A stretch of DNA of 63,505 nt, counting the filler, from Phoronis australis (taxonomy: Eukaryota > Animalia > Phoronida), in NCBI GenBank assembly GCA_002633005.1. It is 5 parts of 5 records of this genome, joined end to end, with 100 filler letters (N's around TTAATTAATTAA, not from the genome) between each part and the next. Parts side by side here need not be neighbours in the genome. Positions count along the whole stretch, not along the records: positions 19,477 to 39,629 come from NMRA01000094.1; 4 more parts are not named here. One strand, 5' to 3'. Both the position numbers and the translations under genes were made by a program. Shown in pieces: positions 25,183 through 37,986 of this stretch. Position 1 is the first letter of the stretch; each line of letters starts with the position of its first letter. Below the pieces are notes generated by a model. That model was not told the origin of the DNA. It was given only the letters and a program-made list of their open reading frames with translations, and ran no database searches.

Positions 25183-25923
25183 CTTCCAAAATGAAAATTC
25201 TTGTACGCTGGTTCAGATCAAATGTGCATCCACAACAGTATGTAAGAACTTCCAGTTTTGAGCTGAGAATTTTGAAACTCGAAAATAATGCTCAAGATAC
25301 TCCTCAGGTCGACATTGTTGCCCTGGACAATCTTCATCCTTAGAGCACTGTGAACTGCTGTCAATGGGAGAACTTTACCAAACAAATTATGGCTAAATAC
25401 AAGCTGTTGGCTAAAACTATGGCTTCCTGATAGAGGCAAATAAAGGCTTAAATTTGTGTGGACTCGTCTGTTACTTGAAAACCCGACTCTGACAGAGGCT
25501 GAAAAGGGNAATGCTCAAGATACTCCTCAGGTCGACATTGTTGCCCTGGACAATCTTCATCCTTAGAGCACTGTGAACTGCTGTCCGATAGAGGCTCAGA
25601 AAAGCTTGAACTCATTATATTCATTTCAACTTATAACATGAACCATCTCAAGGATATTCACCTAGTTTAAGGACATACACAACTCTTCAACACTCCAGAT
25701 CACTTTTGCTAAGCCACAAGGAAACTGTTCTATGAGAAGTGATTGAAGACTTTATTCAGTAAAAAATTTAGGCTTACACTTCACACAACTATTTCTGAAA
25801 AGTAATTCAATCTCATTTGAGTAAAAGTAAAGTCACCTGACAAAACCAGCTTGTTACTGAACAAATTTCTGGAAGGCTGGTGTATGTTTTCGACATATTA
25901 CTCAGTCATGAAATTATACTTAC

Positions 25924-26041
25924 TGCCAAGGTTCCACAAATGGCTCCCAGCCAGACAGAGCCCTGTTGTAGTAATAACTGGAAAGCTGGAACAGAGCTTC
26001 ACCACTGTTGGGACTGGCCATATATTGACGCACTCGGCAAC
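25924..26041 (-). CDS. VPS13D: VPS13D internal exon
   Basis: tacag|GT...CA|gtaagt. CRVRQYMASPNSGEALFQLSSYYYNRALSGWEPFVEPW contains the VPS13 YYN..LSGWEP motif. In phase with the preceding exon. Confidence 0.9.
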
Positions 26042-26323
26042 CTGTAAAAAGAGAAAGGAAAGACGGTTTATTTTTTCAGATTAAAATAAAATAACGGCAA
26101 AGAAAGAAACAAATAACTGAGTGTGAAAAGAATTTTGTTCTGGTGAAATTGGTGAGCATTTAGGCATTTTGTTTTTAATGAGTGTACCAGCAAAAAACTA
26201 CCAGACAAAATAATATCAAGCCAAAGAGTCTTTACCTGCTGTGATGAGCAAAATGCAGTTTTCAGCTTAGTTTTACAAATACATTTTTCTTTGGAAAATA
26301 ATAAAATCCAAAAAAGAACTCAC

Positions 26324-26405
26324 CATTGAGTGAAAATTCAGCGAGCGGAATATCAATGTTCTTACAATCATCAATAAGACACAGGCATATACAGTCTGTC
26401 TTCAG
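26324..26405 (-). CDS. VPS13D: VPS13D internal exon
   Basis: ttacag|LKTDCICLCLIDDCKNIDIPLAEFSLN G|gtgagt; matches the VPS13D CxCxIDDC..D.PLAE motif. Confidence 0.88.
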
Positions 26406-27349
26406 CTGTAATGTACAAATAGGCATATACAGTCTGCCTTCAGCTGTAATGTACAAATAGGCATATACAGCCTGTCTTCAGCTGTAATGTACAAATAGGC
26501 ATATACAGTCTGTCTTCAGCTGTAATGTACAAATAGGCATATACAGTCTGTCTTCAGCTGTAATGTACAAATAGGCATATACAGTCTGTCTTCAGCTGTA
26601 ATGTACAAATAGGCATATACAGTCTGTCTTCAGCTGTAATGTACAAATAGGCATATACAGTCTGTCTTCAGCTGTAATGTACAAATAGGCATATACAGTC
26701 TGTCTTCAGCTGTAATGTACAAATAGGCATATACAGTCTGTCTTCAGCTGTAATGTACAAATAGGCATATACAGTCTGTCTTCAGCTGTAATGTACAAAT
26801 AGGCATATACAGTCTGTCTTCAGCTGTAATGTACAAATAGGCATATACAGTCTGTCTTCAGCTGTAATGTACAAATAGGCATATACAGTCTGTCTTCAGC
26901 TGTAATGTACAAATAGGCATATACAGTCTGTCTTCAGCTGTAATGTACAAATAGGCATATACAGTCTGTCTTCAGCTGTAATGTACAAATAGGCATATAC
27001 AGTCTGTCTTCAGCTGTAATGTACAAATAGGCATATACAGTCTGTCTTCAGCTGTAATGTACAAATAGGCATATACAGTCTGTCTTCAGCTGTAATGTAC
27101 AAATAGGCATATACAGTCTGTCTTCAGCTGTAATGTACAAATAGGCATATACAGTCTGTCTTCAGNTACAGTCTGCCTTCAGCTGTAATGTACAAATAGG
27201 CATATACAGTCTGCCTTCAGCTGTAATGTACAAATAGGCATATACAGTCTGCCTTCAGCTGTAATGAACAAATAGGCATATACAGTCTGCCTTCAGCTGT
27301 AATGAACAAATAGGCATATACAGTCTGCCTTCAGCTGTAATGAACAAAT
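26383..27349. repeat. 38-bp tandem array (~25 copies) whose unit spans a VPS13D splice acceptor
   Basis: Unit aggcatatacagtctgtcttcagctgtaatgtacaaat. An N at 27166 means the true copy number is unresolved. Confidence 0.95.
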
Positions 27350-27764
27350 GCATGAGAGAGTAGCACAGTGAAATAGGGAGTCTATATACAGTCAGCCTTG
27401 AGCAGTTGATTTGGTGTAAACAAGATTTTAAAAGTATTCAATTCAGTCAGCAAAATGTAATAGTCAGTCTACAGAGTACACTTTGTTACATAATAAACCA
27501 ACTAAAGAAACAATTATTTCAAAGAAACAATTATTTCTAAAATAAATGACAATGGCACTGCCTTGAATTTTTTCAAAAAATAAATATTGAAATGGAAAAT
27601 GCTACAAACTTTAGAATTTGTAAGACACATCCTCAATTAAACTAGAAATCTATTTCCCAAATATGAAAACTGCCAAAGATCTGATAATTAACTCGTGGGT
27701 ACAGGACAATCACATCCACAAACTGCAAAATTCTACGCACAAACAAAAAAATCATGCATTACAA

Positions 27765-29363
27765 AACAAGAGCATTGAAATGCACCCACAACTGCATCGT
27801 AAATGGTTTGCTTTTAGTAATCAAAAATGACCATTAGATGGCACAGATTCTGTCAAGCCCGTCTGAAATTGGGAAAGCGTCGTCTCTCTGTTACAAAACT
27901 GTTTGTTAAATTTCATGAAAATCCACCAAGGAACTCCAAACATACAGAGGCAGTTTGCCGTAAAAAAAAAACAAATTACCATAAGCAGGCACCGCAATAA
28001 TCGAACACATCCATGCGAAATCATTAGGAATAGACTTGCATGGGGTTTAGTACATGCAGCCGCAGATGCGAAAATTATGTCACCAGGGAGCACCATAGTT
28101 ATGTTGGACCCATCTGAAAATCTATGTCAGTTGTGCTCAGTAGGAACATATCTGCCAATTTTCATAATGATCCTCTGAGCCGTTTCGTGGATACACAAGC
28201 AGACGGCAAAAAAAAAGATTCAGTTGTCGCCTTAATAGAAACCTATTGGCCAAATTTCAGAAAATCTATTAATGAACACCAGAGATCCAGAAAAAAACGT
28301 AAACAACTAAAACTGCCAATTGGTCTGAAACTTGTCATCATCCGTTGTAATCTCCATAGGAACATATCTGCCAATTTCACAAAGATGTTCCACAGAGTTA
28401 AGGAGATACATCTGTAGATGCAAAAACAATAAAATTGCCACTAGGGGTCGCCACAGTAGTCAAACCCATCAAAAAATCAGTGTCAGCTGCGGTCTTCTCA
28501 CCAGGAAAACATCTGTCAATTTTCAAGATCGTTTGAGCACTAGGGTAGATAGGAAGGCGGACATCAAAAGCATACTAAATTTTTTTAAAATTAAAATCAG
28601 GAGGTGCAGAACACATTACATCCATTCCAAAACAGGAAGGCGTCATTATCTCCAAACCCATATGCTAACTTTCATAACAATCCATTAAGAAACTCGCAAG
28701 ATACAGAGGGAAACTTAAAAGATAAAACTGCCACTACGGGGCACACCAGAAGTTGGATTGGTCCGAAACTCATCGTCATCCGTGATCATTTCCATAAGAA
28801 CACATCTGCCAAATTTCACAGAGATCCTCCAAGAGTTAAAGAGATAAGCTTTGGACACAAAAAACGAAAATTGCAATGAGGGGTTAGCACAGTAGTTGAA
28901 CCTGTACGAAAATCAGTGTCAGCTGTGGCCTTCTCATAAGGAAAGCATCTGCAAATTTTCATAATGATCCTTTCAGCAGTCTGGTGGATAGGAAGACGGA
29001 CATCAAAAACATACTCAATTTTTTTAAATTGTCATCAGATGACAGAGTATAAATCAAATTCGTCTGAAAATGAGAAGGCGTCATTGTCTCTTCAATAGAA
29101 ACCTAATGAACTAAATTTCATGCAAATCCATGAAGGAACTCCAAAGATACAGAGGCAAACGAAAAAACTAAAATTGCCACTAGGGGACAGAGCAGTAGTT
29201 TAATCAGTCCGAAACTCATGGTCGTCTGTCGTTAACTTCATAAGAATGCATCGCCAAGGGGTTTAGGAGATATAGCTGCAGGTGTCGGACGCCTTAATGC
29301 TGGATGCCCAGACAGAGATGACAGCAATAAACACCCACATGTAAGTATGTGGGCGCATAAAAA
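27765..29363 (-). mobile_element. DINE-1/HINE-like element, diverged full-length copy
   Basis: aacaagagcattgaaatgcaccca ... cccacatgtaagtatgtgggcgcataaaaa, with internal gccactaggg modules. Confidence 0.7.
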
Positions 29364-29571
29364 TTAAATCGAGCATTTGACATTGAGATTCGTAATCAAT
29401 GACTTTTTTGTTTGTATGATTAGCTGGTTCTGATATATGACTAAAGTCTGTGTGTGATTGCCTAGCAACAATTAGAGTCCTATGAAACACCTACCCATCA
29501 ACAGGCAAAAGTTTGAAAATGTCAATTTCCCCAGACAACCAAAAGATTACATTGTGCAATCATGAGCTCAC

Positions 29572-29768
29572 CTCGATTCCTGAGAAGTCTAGCCCCTCAT
29601 TTTTCCCTGTCACTGTCACAGGAGGTGAGGGCTGGACACAGGAAGTATTCTGAGTTAGCCACAATACAGCATCGTCCAGGTGACCCTCACACATCTCCAA
29701 GGCTCTCTTGCAGTCCCTCTCTGAAAATCCCAGGTCCATTAACTTCTCTATGCCAAATTCTGATGCTT
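29572..29768 (-). CDS. VPS13D: VPS13D exon encoding the UBA domain
   Basis: IEKLMDLGFSERDCKRALEMCEGHLDDAVLWLTQN. Canonical AG/GT, phase 1 to 0. An internal UBA is diagnostic of VPS13D. Confidence 0.92.
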
Positions 29769-29940
29769 CTGTAAAATGATAGGAATACATTATAATTGAC
29801 ACAACAGAGATATGTTTCTCAAAACAAAAAATAAAATGTCTAGTTTGTACTTTAGGTGTATCATAAGTGAGCTCAACCCAAAAGTGAGAAAACAATGTAA
29901 TGGCAAAATACAAAAACTCAAAATCTAAGGATGAGATTAA

Positions 29941-32242
29941 AGGAGAATGCCACCTGATTTATTTCGTCTTATTACCGTCATAATTGGTCTATATCTATAT
30001 CCCTTCGTATATGGTCGATCTCACCTCACTGATAGGTGTCGCGATAACCTGTGAGGAAGGTGAGTACATGACGCAGCGACGTCACTGGTTCTTCAGTGAG
30101 TGTGTGTCGCTATGGTATGGCGTATCGTTCCCGCTTGTGCGAACTATGAAGCAGCGAGGAAAGCGGGTATACCGTTTATTCTATTTTCTCAAGAACCCGA
30201 AATGCTTTGGAAGTGGTTCGCGGCAGTAAAGAATGAAAAGCATGCCGTTAATACCAAGTATGAGGCCGTATCTCCATGTCTGTGGCCGGCATTGATCTGT
30301 TTCAAAATGAGTTATCTAACCCTCACCAATGTTTAACAAAACTGAAACAAAGTGTCTCGAAAGACTGTCTCTGTGGATACAATTAGAGTGTTCGTTAGTG
30401 CAAATGTTTTGAGAAACCAACAATGAATAAATCATACTGCGTTACCGGCTTCAAATGCAATAAAATTAATTGACTGGCCGCCCAGGCTGGGTGAGCGCAT
30501 GCTAATTCAGTGTTTGCTGACAGAAAGCTGTTGTGAAACAATAACTCGATTATAAATGCTATGGTCAGACCTTAAGGGAATCTTTTTGTAAAAAAAAACA
30601 TTAATCAAATCACTGTTATGTACAGTACTGTGAAAGGGAAACCTGGCTTTGCTGCCCCCGACGGGCAACTAGATTTGCAATTTTTGCGGCGTCTTTACTA
30701 AAATATTCACGTGCACATTATTTCTTTGGTTCACTAGTCTAGTATTTTCGTGATAGGAAGTTTAATTTTCAACTAAAATATTCACGTGCACATTATTTCT
30801 TTGGTTCACTAGTCTAGTATTTTCGTGATAGGAAGTTTAATTTTCAACTTTGGAGCCAACTAATCCAGCTGGTTTATGTCCGTGGTGTCTCCAGTGCGGC
30901 CATCAGTGATGGACCTAATCGGGTTCCGAGCCAATGGGTTACGAGCGTTTTGTGCGTTTAGAACTGAAAAAATTTGCAAGTCTAAAATTACAACACATGG
31001 CTTTGCTTCCCTGTGTGTATTTCACATAAGAATAATTCTAATTCATCACCGAACAGATCCTAACTTCCCGCGACTGACCTTGGTAAGTTGGCCTACCGAA
31101 CTTTGTAAAAAAGGGTGCAAGTGGCCCTGATGCCTTTTGCGGTACATCAGGCGTGTTTAGACCACAAGGCCGGGGCCATTACACTAGTCAGTCAACTGAT
31201 TGTGACTCATGGGGACACGACATCACCAGATTCCTCATGGGTGAAATCTTCCAATCTGTTTGTTTGTTTCACAAAGACTATTAAATCTGTATGAGCTAAC
31301 AATGTTAACCAGGCAGGTTATGTGCCCATCAAGTAGTAGATTACGGTGTCTATTGTAGGCAGGGCAAATCTCTACCAGATGTTAAGGAGTTTTGGTCTCC
31401 AAGCCACAGTTGGGCCACAATGAACATGCCATGTGGCCTGTGATGTTACGGTGCCGAGCTAGGTTGTAGAGTCCAGTAATAACCTGGATCAGCTGCCTTA
31501 TAACAAACCTATCTAAACATAACAGTTTTTTTAGCCTTTTGGTTCAACAGGACTTGGAAAAAGTTGTTTGATTTGGTTTTTCGGCAGGCTGAGAGCTTTC
31601 CCATGCATCCACGGACAGTTTACACACCCAGTGTCTTACCTTTGCTCTGCAGCACCTATAGGCAACTGGTATGCAAGGTTCTGATGCATAACAGGGTGCA
31701 CTTGCTCCTTCGTTTGCAAGTTTGTCAGCAGCTTCGTTACTGTCAATGCCAACATGGGCTTTAACCCAATTCACATGAACAGTTCTACTAGCTGATAGAT
31801 GGTTAAGATCGTTTACACAGGCCAGGACACAATGGGAGTTTAGAGCCATCAGTGTACAAACGGACTGGTGGTCATTGTAATTAATGATTTCGTGACCATT
31901 TCCTGTGATTTATGGACCGAGCTTTGTAGGCTAGGGTACAATCAAAATTTTTATAAATCAGTATCAGTGAAATAAAACAACTCGTTTGTTTAAAAACGCA
32001 ATGCATTTGAAAGGTTTTGCATCAACTTTTGATGATTTATTGGTGTAAAGCAATAAGCTGACACCAGTAAGCTTGTTGTGAACTGTTGAACAGGCTGTGA
32101 TAGAACCTGTGACATCATCGATTAATCTCAGCACCTCCGTCTTCCATCTTCTGTCAGGTAAAAGAACTGAACTTGCTGTTATCGAGTGGAACTACTCGAT
32201 CTAAATTGATACAAAATACATTGTTTTTGGTGGTATTCTCCT
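29941..32242. mobile_element. Non-autonomous Kolobok-type DNA transposon, copy 2
   Basis: TTAA|aggagaatgccacc ... ggtggtattctcct|TTAA. THAP remnant present. Colinear with copy 1, with an internal 75-bp duplication at 30697-30846. Confidence 0.8.
31090..31860 (-). mobile_element. 3' fragment of an RNase H-bearing LINE (LOA/I group) nested in Kolobok copy 2
   Basis: VHVNWVKAHVGIDSNEAADKLANEGA (RNase H), then QVITG..HLVEICP. Absent from copy 1. Confidence 0.8.
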
Positions 32243-32910
32243 TTAACTCTCTCACTGCCAAGTTTGTCTAAAACTGCATTTCCCAGTGTCAATTAAGTTT
32301 TGAGGAGACAACAATATCGTGGCTCCAATTCCTAAAACACTGTCTGTGAAATCTTATTTTGTACCTTCAGGATATGATGCACATACATTTGTAACATCAT
32401 ATGTTAAGGCAAGTATTTGCAATGTAGAGATTTCAACATTTCAGGACAAAAAAGATTGTATCAACAGTCAATGAAGGGCTTTGGCTGAAAACATACATAC
32501 GCTCCTCTCACATCTAAATCCCAAATCGTTCAATTTTAGTCAATGAAGCACCGATGTTGTCTAGAGGCAATTACATCAATTGCAATTCAACAGGTAAGCA
32601 ATAAAAAAAACAGAAAAATATGTTTTTTGTTGGGGATTTTGTATTGAAAACTAATCTTGTTGTCAGACGTTCTAAAACTGTAATGCATGATAAATGGAGC
32701 TTACAGTGAGATGATAACACAAAGAACAATCAAACTACCGTATTCGCCCTAATAAGCATCCACGCCCCTATAAGTGCCCCCCCCCACGCATTTTCAGATT
32801 TTGCTGAAATAAGCACCTCGTTGGCATTTAGCCGTAATTATACAATTCAAACTAGTGGCAGGGTCAGAAATTAATTAAACAAGGTGCTTCAAAAGGCTCT
32901 GGTTTCTTAC

Positions 32911-33058
32911 CTTTGTCCATCACCAAGTGAGCTGACAAGTTCTTGGGTAACTGTTGACTACGAGCTTTCTGGGCCTGCTGAGGCAGAGATTCAAAGATGG
33001 CCAAGAAGAGACGGACATCAGTATAGGACAGACGTACATTCATTGTGCTGAAGGATAC
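32911..33058 (-). CDS. VPS13D: VPS13D internal exon
   Basis: cccag|VSFSTMNVRLSYTDVRLFLAIFESLPQQA...MDK G|gtaaga, phase 0 to 1. Confidence 0.88.
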
Positions 33059-34487
33059 CTGGGCAACCAATGAGAAACTGTGTAAAATTACACTTGAGCT
33101 ACTGGATAGAGACATTCCACCTATGAGACAACAGATGGGGACACAATCTCAAGCCAAATGCAGTGTCAAGTAAAGGACTTCCTTTGCCATCTTCAGAACA
33201 TCAGCTTAGAAGGGCTAGACTTGTAGACAGCAACCCCTGCTCATTGTACATGAATTCTGACTTCAGTAAATATTGTTTGGGACACAATTTAGTTGGGAAG
33301 AGAAATTTCATTGTGTTAAATTTCTCAAAAAATAAGAAAAGTACTTTGCTTTTAACTGGGTAACAACACTCACCAAATAACGTTGCTGTGATATAGCAAG
33401 TCTTTGTCACAGGGTCACCAAACTGTCCAACTCTTTTAATGCTAAGTTTTTTCAGAATTGAATTCTCCAGAACAAATAAAATTTAAGGATACCTAGAACA
33501 TAGGGTGCACTCACTTAAAATGCTCTAAGATTGTTTTTGTAGGTGCATTGTTTTGAAAAGTTAGGATAAGATGCACACACATTGTTTTATTTTGACATGA
33601 TGACTTGAGTTATTGGCCAGGCTAAGTACTCAAGACTTCATTTTAAAATACACTATCAACAGCCACTGCCAGGACAATGGACAGTTCAAAGGGCACTTCA
33701 TGAATCACAATTCGACAGGTTGACAGAAATTATGTCAAAAACGCCAAAAAAATCAAAAACCTGACATTCACTCAGGGTTTGGCAAAACTGTTGTCATGTA
33801 GTCTACTAGTTTCGTAAAACTGTTTTTATGCCCAACTCAGCAGGTTATACATAATCTGTAAACTTCACGCTAAAATCCATATTATCCAAGTGAAAACTTG
33901 AATGTACAGTTTCTTTATATATTTTCTGAAAATTCTAATTCCAATCAAAAGACGGTGTGATACAACCAGTAATTAGTCATAGAACAAAATAATTTCGGGC
34001 AGTATTCAATTAAAATAGCGACATTAAAAACGTAGCTCGTCATGTCATTGTTTCGCACTGGGCATGATCCGACGAACCACGGCACAGAAAATCTCGAAGT
34101 CTTGTTTTGTAATGCCTGAGCTGGGCTTATGTTTTAGGCACCTGGGTTCTCATTGCCGTAGTCAGCGTGATGAAAAGCAGCATACTAGTTCATTTGTCAG
34201 TAATATTTGTCTCAGAAATTCGGCTCTTAAACATCTTCGCAGTCATGATTTCTAAACCAGATGCATGCTTACATGCCACGCCATAAAAGCATGTTTATCA
34301 TTAGTCAGTCATTCACAAACCAACTGGTCAATCTAATAACAAAAAGGAAGGCCCCATATGCAAGTTACTTGGTACACTCTGGTACTCGGCATACGGCTGA
34401 GATCAGTGCACATTGTGAACTTGTGCTTTCTCAACAAGTTACAGCATACTCCACACATTATCTAACATGTATTTCTTAGTAATTTAC

Positions 34488-34706
34488 CTCAATGAACGGA
34501 GGTGCCTGGTACTGGGGCACAGCATTACCCAGGCCTGGTCGGCCGGCTGGTCCACTCAACTCCACAGTCACTGTCATTGGGTCAACGATGGACAGTGCTG
34601 TCTCATCTTCACACATCAATGAACAGGAGAAAATCTCCAGACTTTGTAGGCTGGCCGACAGAGGGCGCTCCTGGTTGCTGGGACGGTAACAAAGCACAGC
34701 TGTGCT
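34488..34706 (-). CDS. VPS13D: VPS13D internal exon
   Basis: tttcag|STAVLCYRPSNQERPLSASLQSLEIFSCSLMCEDETALSIVDP...FIE|gtaaat, 219 nt. Confidence 0.9.
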
Positions 34707-34875
34707 CTGAAAGAAAAAAGTAAGTACTATTAAGTAATCTTTCCCACAAGATGCTTGCATCATAACCATGGTTACACACAATTGTGATTTGTTTGTAAAT
34801 ACTTCTTCACCAAAGTAACTTGTTTATGAAGCTAGTTCTACTATTACTGTAACACTTCAGAAGATTAAAAGTTGA

Positions 34876-35045
34876 CCAGACAGGCACACATTCGTTAAGT
34901 GTTTGCCAGACAGGCACACATTCATCAAGTGTTTGCTAGACAGGCACACATTCATCAAGTGTTTGCTAGACAGGCACACATTCATTTAGTGTTTGCCAGA
35001 CAGGCATACATTCATTAAATGTTTGCCAGACAGGCACACATTCAT
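34876..35045. repeat. 30-bp tandem repeat, ~5.5 copies
   Basis: Unit ccagacaggcacacattcatcaagtgtttg. Confidence 0.85.
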
Positions 35046-35054
35046 GGCACAACC

Positions 35055-36750
35055 AACAAGAGCAAGGTGGAGCATTGAAACCCGCCCATGACAGCACTGC
35101 AAACAGTGTGCTATGGCTATTGGATGGTGCAGAATGCGCCAAACCCGTCCGAATTGAGAAGGAGGAACCATCTCCGTAATAAACAACTGTTTGCCAAATT
35201 TCATGAAAATAAGCCAACAGAAGGAACTCTTAAGATTTAGAGGTAAACGTAAAAAAATTAACACAAAGGGACACAGCTACAGTCTGACTGTTCGAAAATT
35301 ATCGCCATCTGTTGCCATGTCTATCGGAACAGATCTGATAAATTTCGCAAAGATCCTTCAAAAGGTTAATATTAAGAAGATACAGCCGTAGACGCAAAAA
35401 AGCAAAATTGCCCCTAGTGGGCACCAGAATAGTCAAAAACATCCGAAAATCAACATCAGCTGGGGTTTTTGAATCAGGAACACAATCGTCAAATTTCAAA
35501 ATGATCCTTGAGTGGTTTGGTAGAAAGAAAGGCAGACGTCAAAAGCATTTTTAAATGACAACCAGCTCGCACAGAAAATATCAAATTTGTCTGAAAATGG
35601 GAAGATTTTGTTGTCTCTTTAATTGATGTTCGTTTGCCAAATTTCATGAATAATTTTATTTAATGAACTCCAAAAATACAGACGTTAACGTAAAAAAAAA
35701 CATTTTGTTACTAGGGTGCACAGTGGTATTTGGATTAGTTCAACACTTGTTACCATTTGTTGTCTGCTCCATAGGAACACATGTTACAAACTTCACAAAA
35801 CTCCTCCAAAGAATTAAGGTGATTCAGCTGCAGACACAAAAAAACAAAATTGCCATTAAGCGGCAACACAGTAGCCAGACACATCTGAAAATTAACGTCA
35901 ATCGCGGCCTCATCAAGAACACATTATGTAAATTTTCATACTGATCCTTTGAGCACTATGGCAGATAGGGAGGCGAACACCAAAAAATAGATCCAAAAAT
36001 AATAAAACATGGCTACCAGGTGATGCAGAAAACGTCAAATCAGGGAAGGCATTGCTGTCTCCTTCATAGAAACCTATTTGCCAAATTTCACGAAAATACA
36101 TTTATTTGATGAAGTCAGAAGATACAGAGGCAAACATAAAAAAATGCCACTAGGGGGCACAGTGGTATTTGGATCAGTTCAACTCTCATTACCATTTGTC
36201 GTCGGCTACATAGGGATGCATCTTTTAAATTTCAAAGGGGTAAGGAGATTCTGCCGCAGACACAAAAAATCGCAACTAGGGGTCCACTCAGTAGTCGGAC
36301 TTGTCCTACAATCAATGACAGTCCTGGCCTTCTCATCAGTAAGACATCTGTAAATTTTCATTATCATTCTTTGAGTGGTATGACATATAGAGAGAGACTG
36401 ATGCCAGAAAATGGACGCAAAAATAACAAAAATGTCCACAAAGAGGCGTAAAATCCGTCCAAAAATGGAATGGCATCCTTATTAAAAAGTTAACCTATTT
36501 GCTGAAATTCACGAAAATTCATCAAGGAACTCCGAAAATCGAAAAGCAAAATAACATAAAAAACTAGGGCACTAGGGGGCACTGCGATACTTGGATCAGT
36601 CCAGAACCCATCATCAACTGTCGTCAGCTGCATAGGAATACACCTACCAAATTTAAATAAGATCTTGCAAAGGTTTAGAAGATATAGCTGCAGACGGCCA
36701 GACAAAGATGACGACAATATGCATATGTATAAATATGTGGACGCATAAAA
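35055..36750 (-). mobile_element. DINE-1/HINE-like element, diverged copy
   Basis: aacaagagc..gagcattgaaacccgccca ... aatatgtggacgcataaaa, with gccactagggggc modules. Confidence 0.7.
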
Positions 36751-36941
36751 CTAGTACAAACATTTAACAGTAGAGTGGTTTCCAAACAGGCACAAAGTAC
36801 AAAGCATACTCAACACCTTTTAAAGAAGAAGGAACATTTTGATGCTAGCTTTATTTGAAGTAAACATAGCTGGTTAATATCTTAATAGAAATATTTTTCA
36901 GCATTAATTACCATATCCCTGACCTCCAGCAACTGTGCATG

Positions 36942-37149
36942 CAACAAAAGGATGCACATGGTCCAACAAAAGGATGCACATGGTCCAACAAAAGGATGCA
37001 CATGGTCCAACAAAAGGATGCACATGGTCCAACAAAAGGATGCACACGGTCCAACAAAAGGATGCACATGGTCCAACAAAAGGATGCACATGGTCCAACA
37101 AAAGGATGCACACGGTCCAACAAAAGGATGCACATGGTCCAACAAAAGG
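36942..37149. repeat. 22-bp tandem repeat, ~9.5 copies
   Basis: Unit caacaaaaggatgcacatggtc. Confidence 0.92.
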
Positions 37150-37478
37150 TCTGCCTTTCACAATGTCTGTAGTCAATAGTGAGTTGGTTACAATGTGTTG
37201 GTACAATGGAAGTGAATATAGAGTCTGACATAAAATGTTGACCTTATGCTGGACCACTAACAACACTTTTATACTGTTGAATGCATAGTTGTATAGGATC
37301 AAGAAAAAAGTAATGAATGGTGAAAAATATCTAAAGCAACAAGACATTTCAGATAAAGCTAACGTCAAAAATGGTTGCTTTTTCCTTTATGATGCCAGTT
37401 ATAGTTGCCCTGTGACGGAATATTTAGACGACATCCACCAGCTAATGGCATGTCGGAATATTCAGATGACAAGATTAC

Positions 37479-37571
37479 CTTGAGAATAACAGCGTTGGTA
37501 TCTTTATCACAAGTATTCTCCACCACCACCAGCTCAGTGTCTTTAATATTTATATTGAATTCAACCTTATT
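37479..37571 (-). CDS. VPS13D: VPS13D internal exon
   Basis: tttcag|NKVEFNINIKDTELVVVENTCDKDTNAVILK|gtaatc, 93 nt, phase 0-0. Confidence 0.88.
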
Positions 37572-37986
37572 CTGAAACAAACCCAAGGCATGTCAGGTAT
37601 ACAAATCCATTTTTGACTCCACTTTACAATCAATATTAAAACTGCTCACCTTAAATCCATGAGATTTATTATTCTTTTTATCAACACTGGAAACTGTTTT
37701 GTTTTACATTGCGTTCAAGCAAATTTGTCATTCACAACTTCATTCCTTGAAACTCAAATAATTTAAGTGTTTGCAAAAAATCCAGAAGAATGAAAAATTA
37801 ATGACTTTGAACAAGTAAAAAACAATAGTTAGATATTTGAGTGAATAAAAAACAATGGTAGTGTAGGTATGAGAAAGAAATGGACTAGTACCATCATATT
37901 AATTACAGTCAAATTATAGAAATATATTTAGTCAAGTTCAAGTTCACTCATGGCTATAACAGACATTATGTTGAATAATTACCACT

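Noticed and set aside
25287-25585. ~76-bp direct duplication, and a possible next VPS13D exon
   Set aside because: The duplicate starts right after a single N, so it is likely a contig-overlap artefact. No convincing VPS13D motif or phase-2 splice pair was found.
26383-27349. CRISPR-like array of 38-bp repeats
   Set aside because: Head-to-tail units with no unique spacers; eukaryotic minisatellite.
36882-37368. Repetitive His/Cys-rich ORFs on both strands
   Set aside because: Translations of the 22-bp minisatellite.
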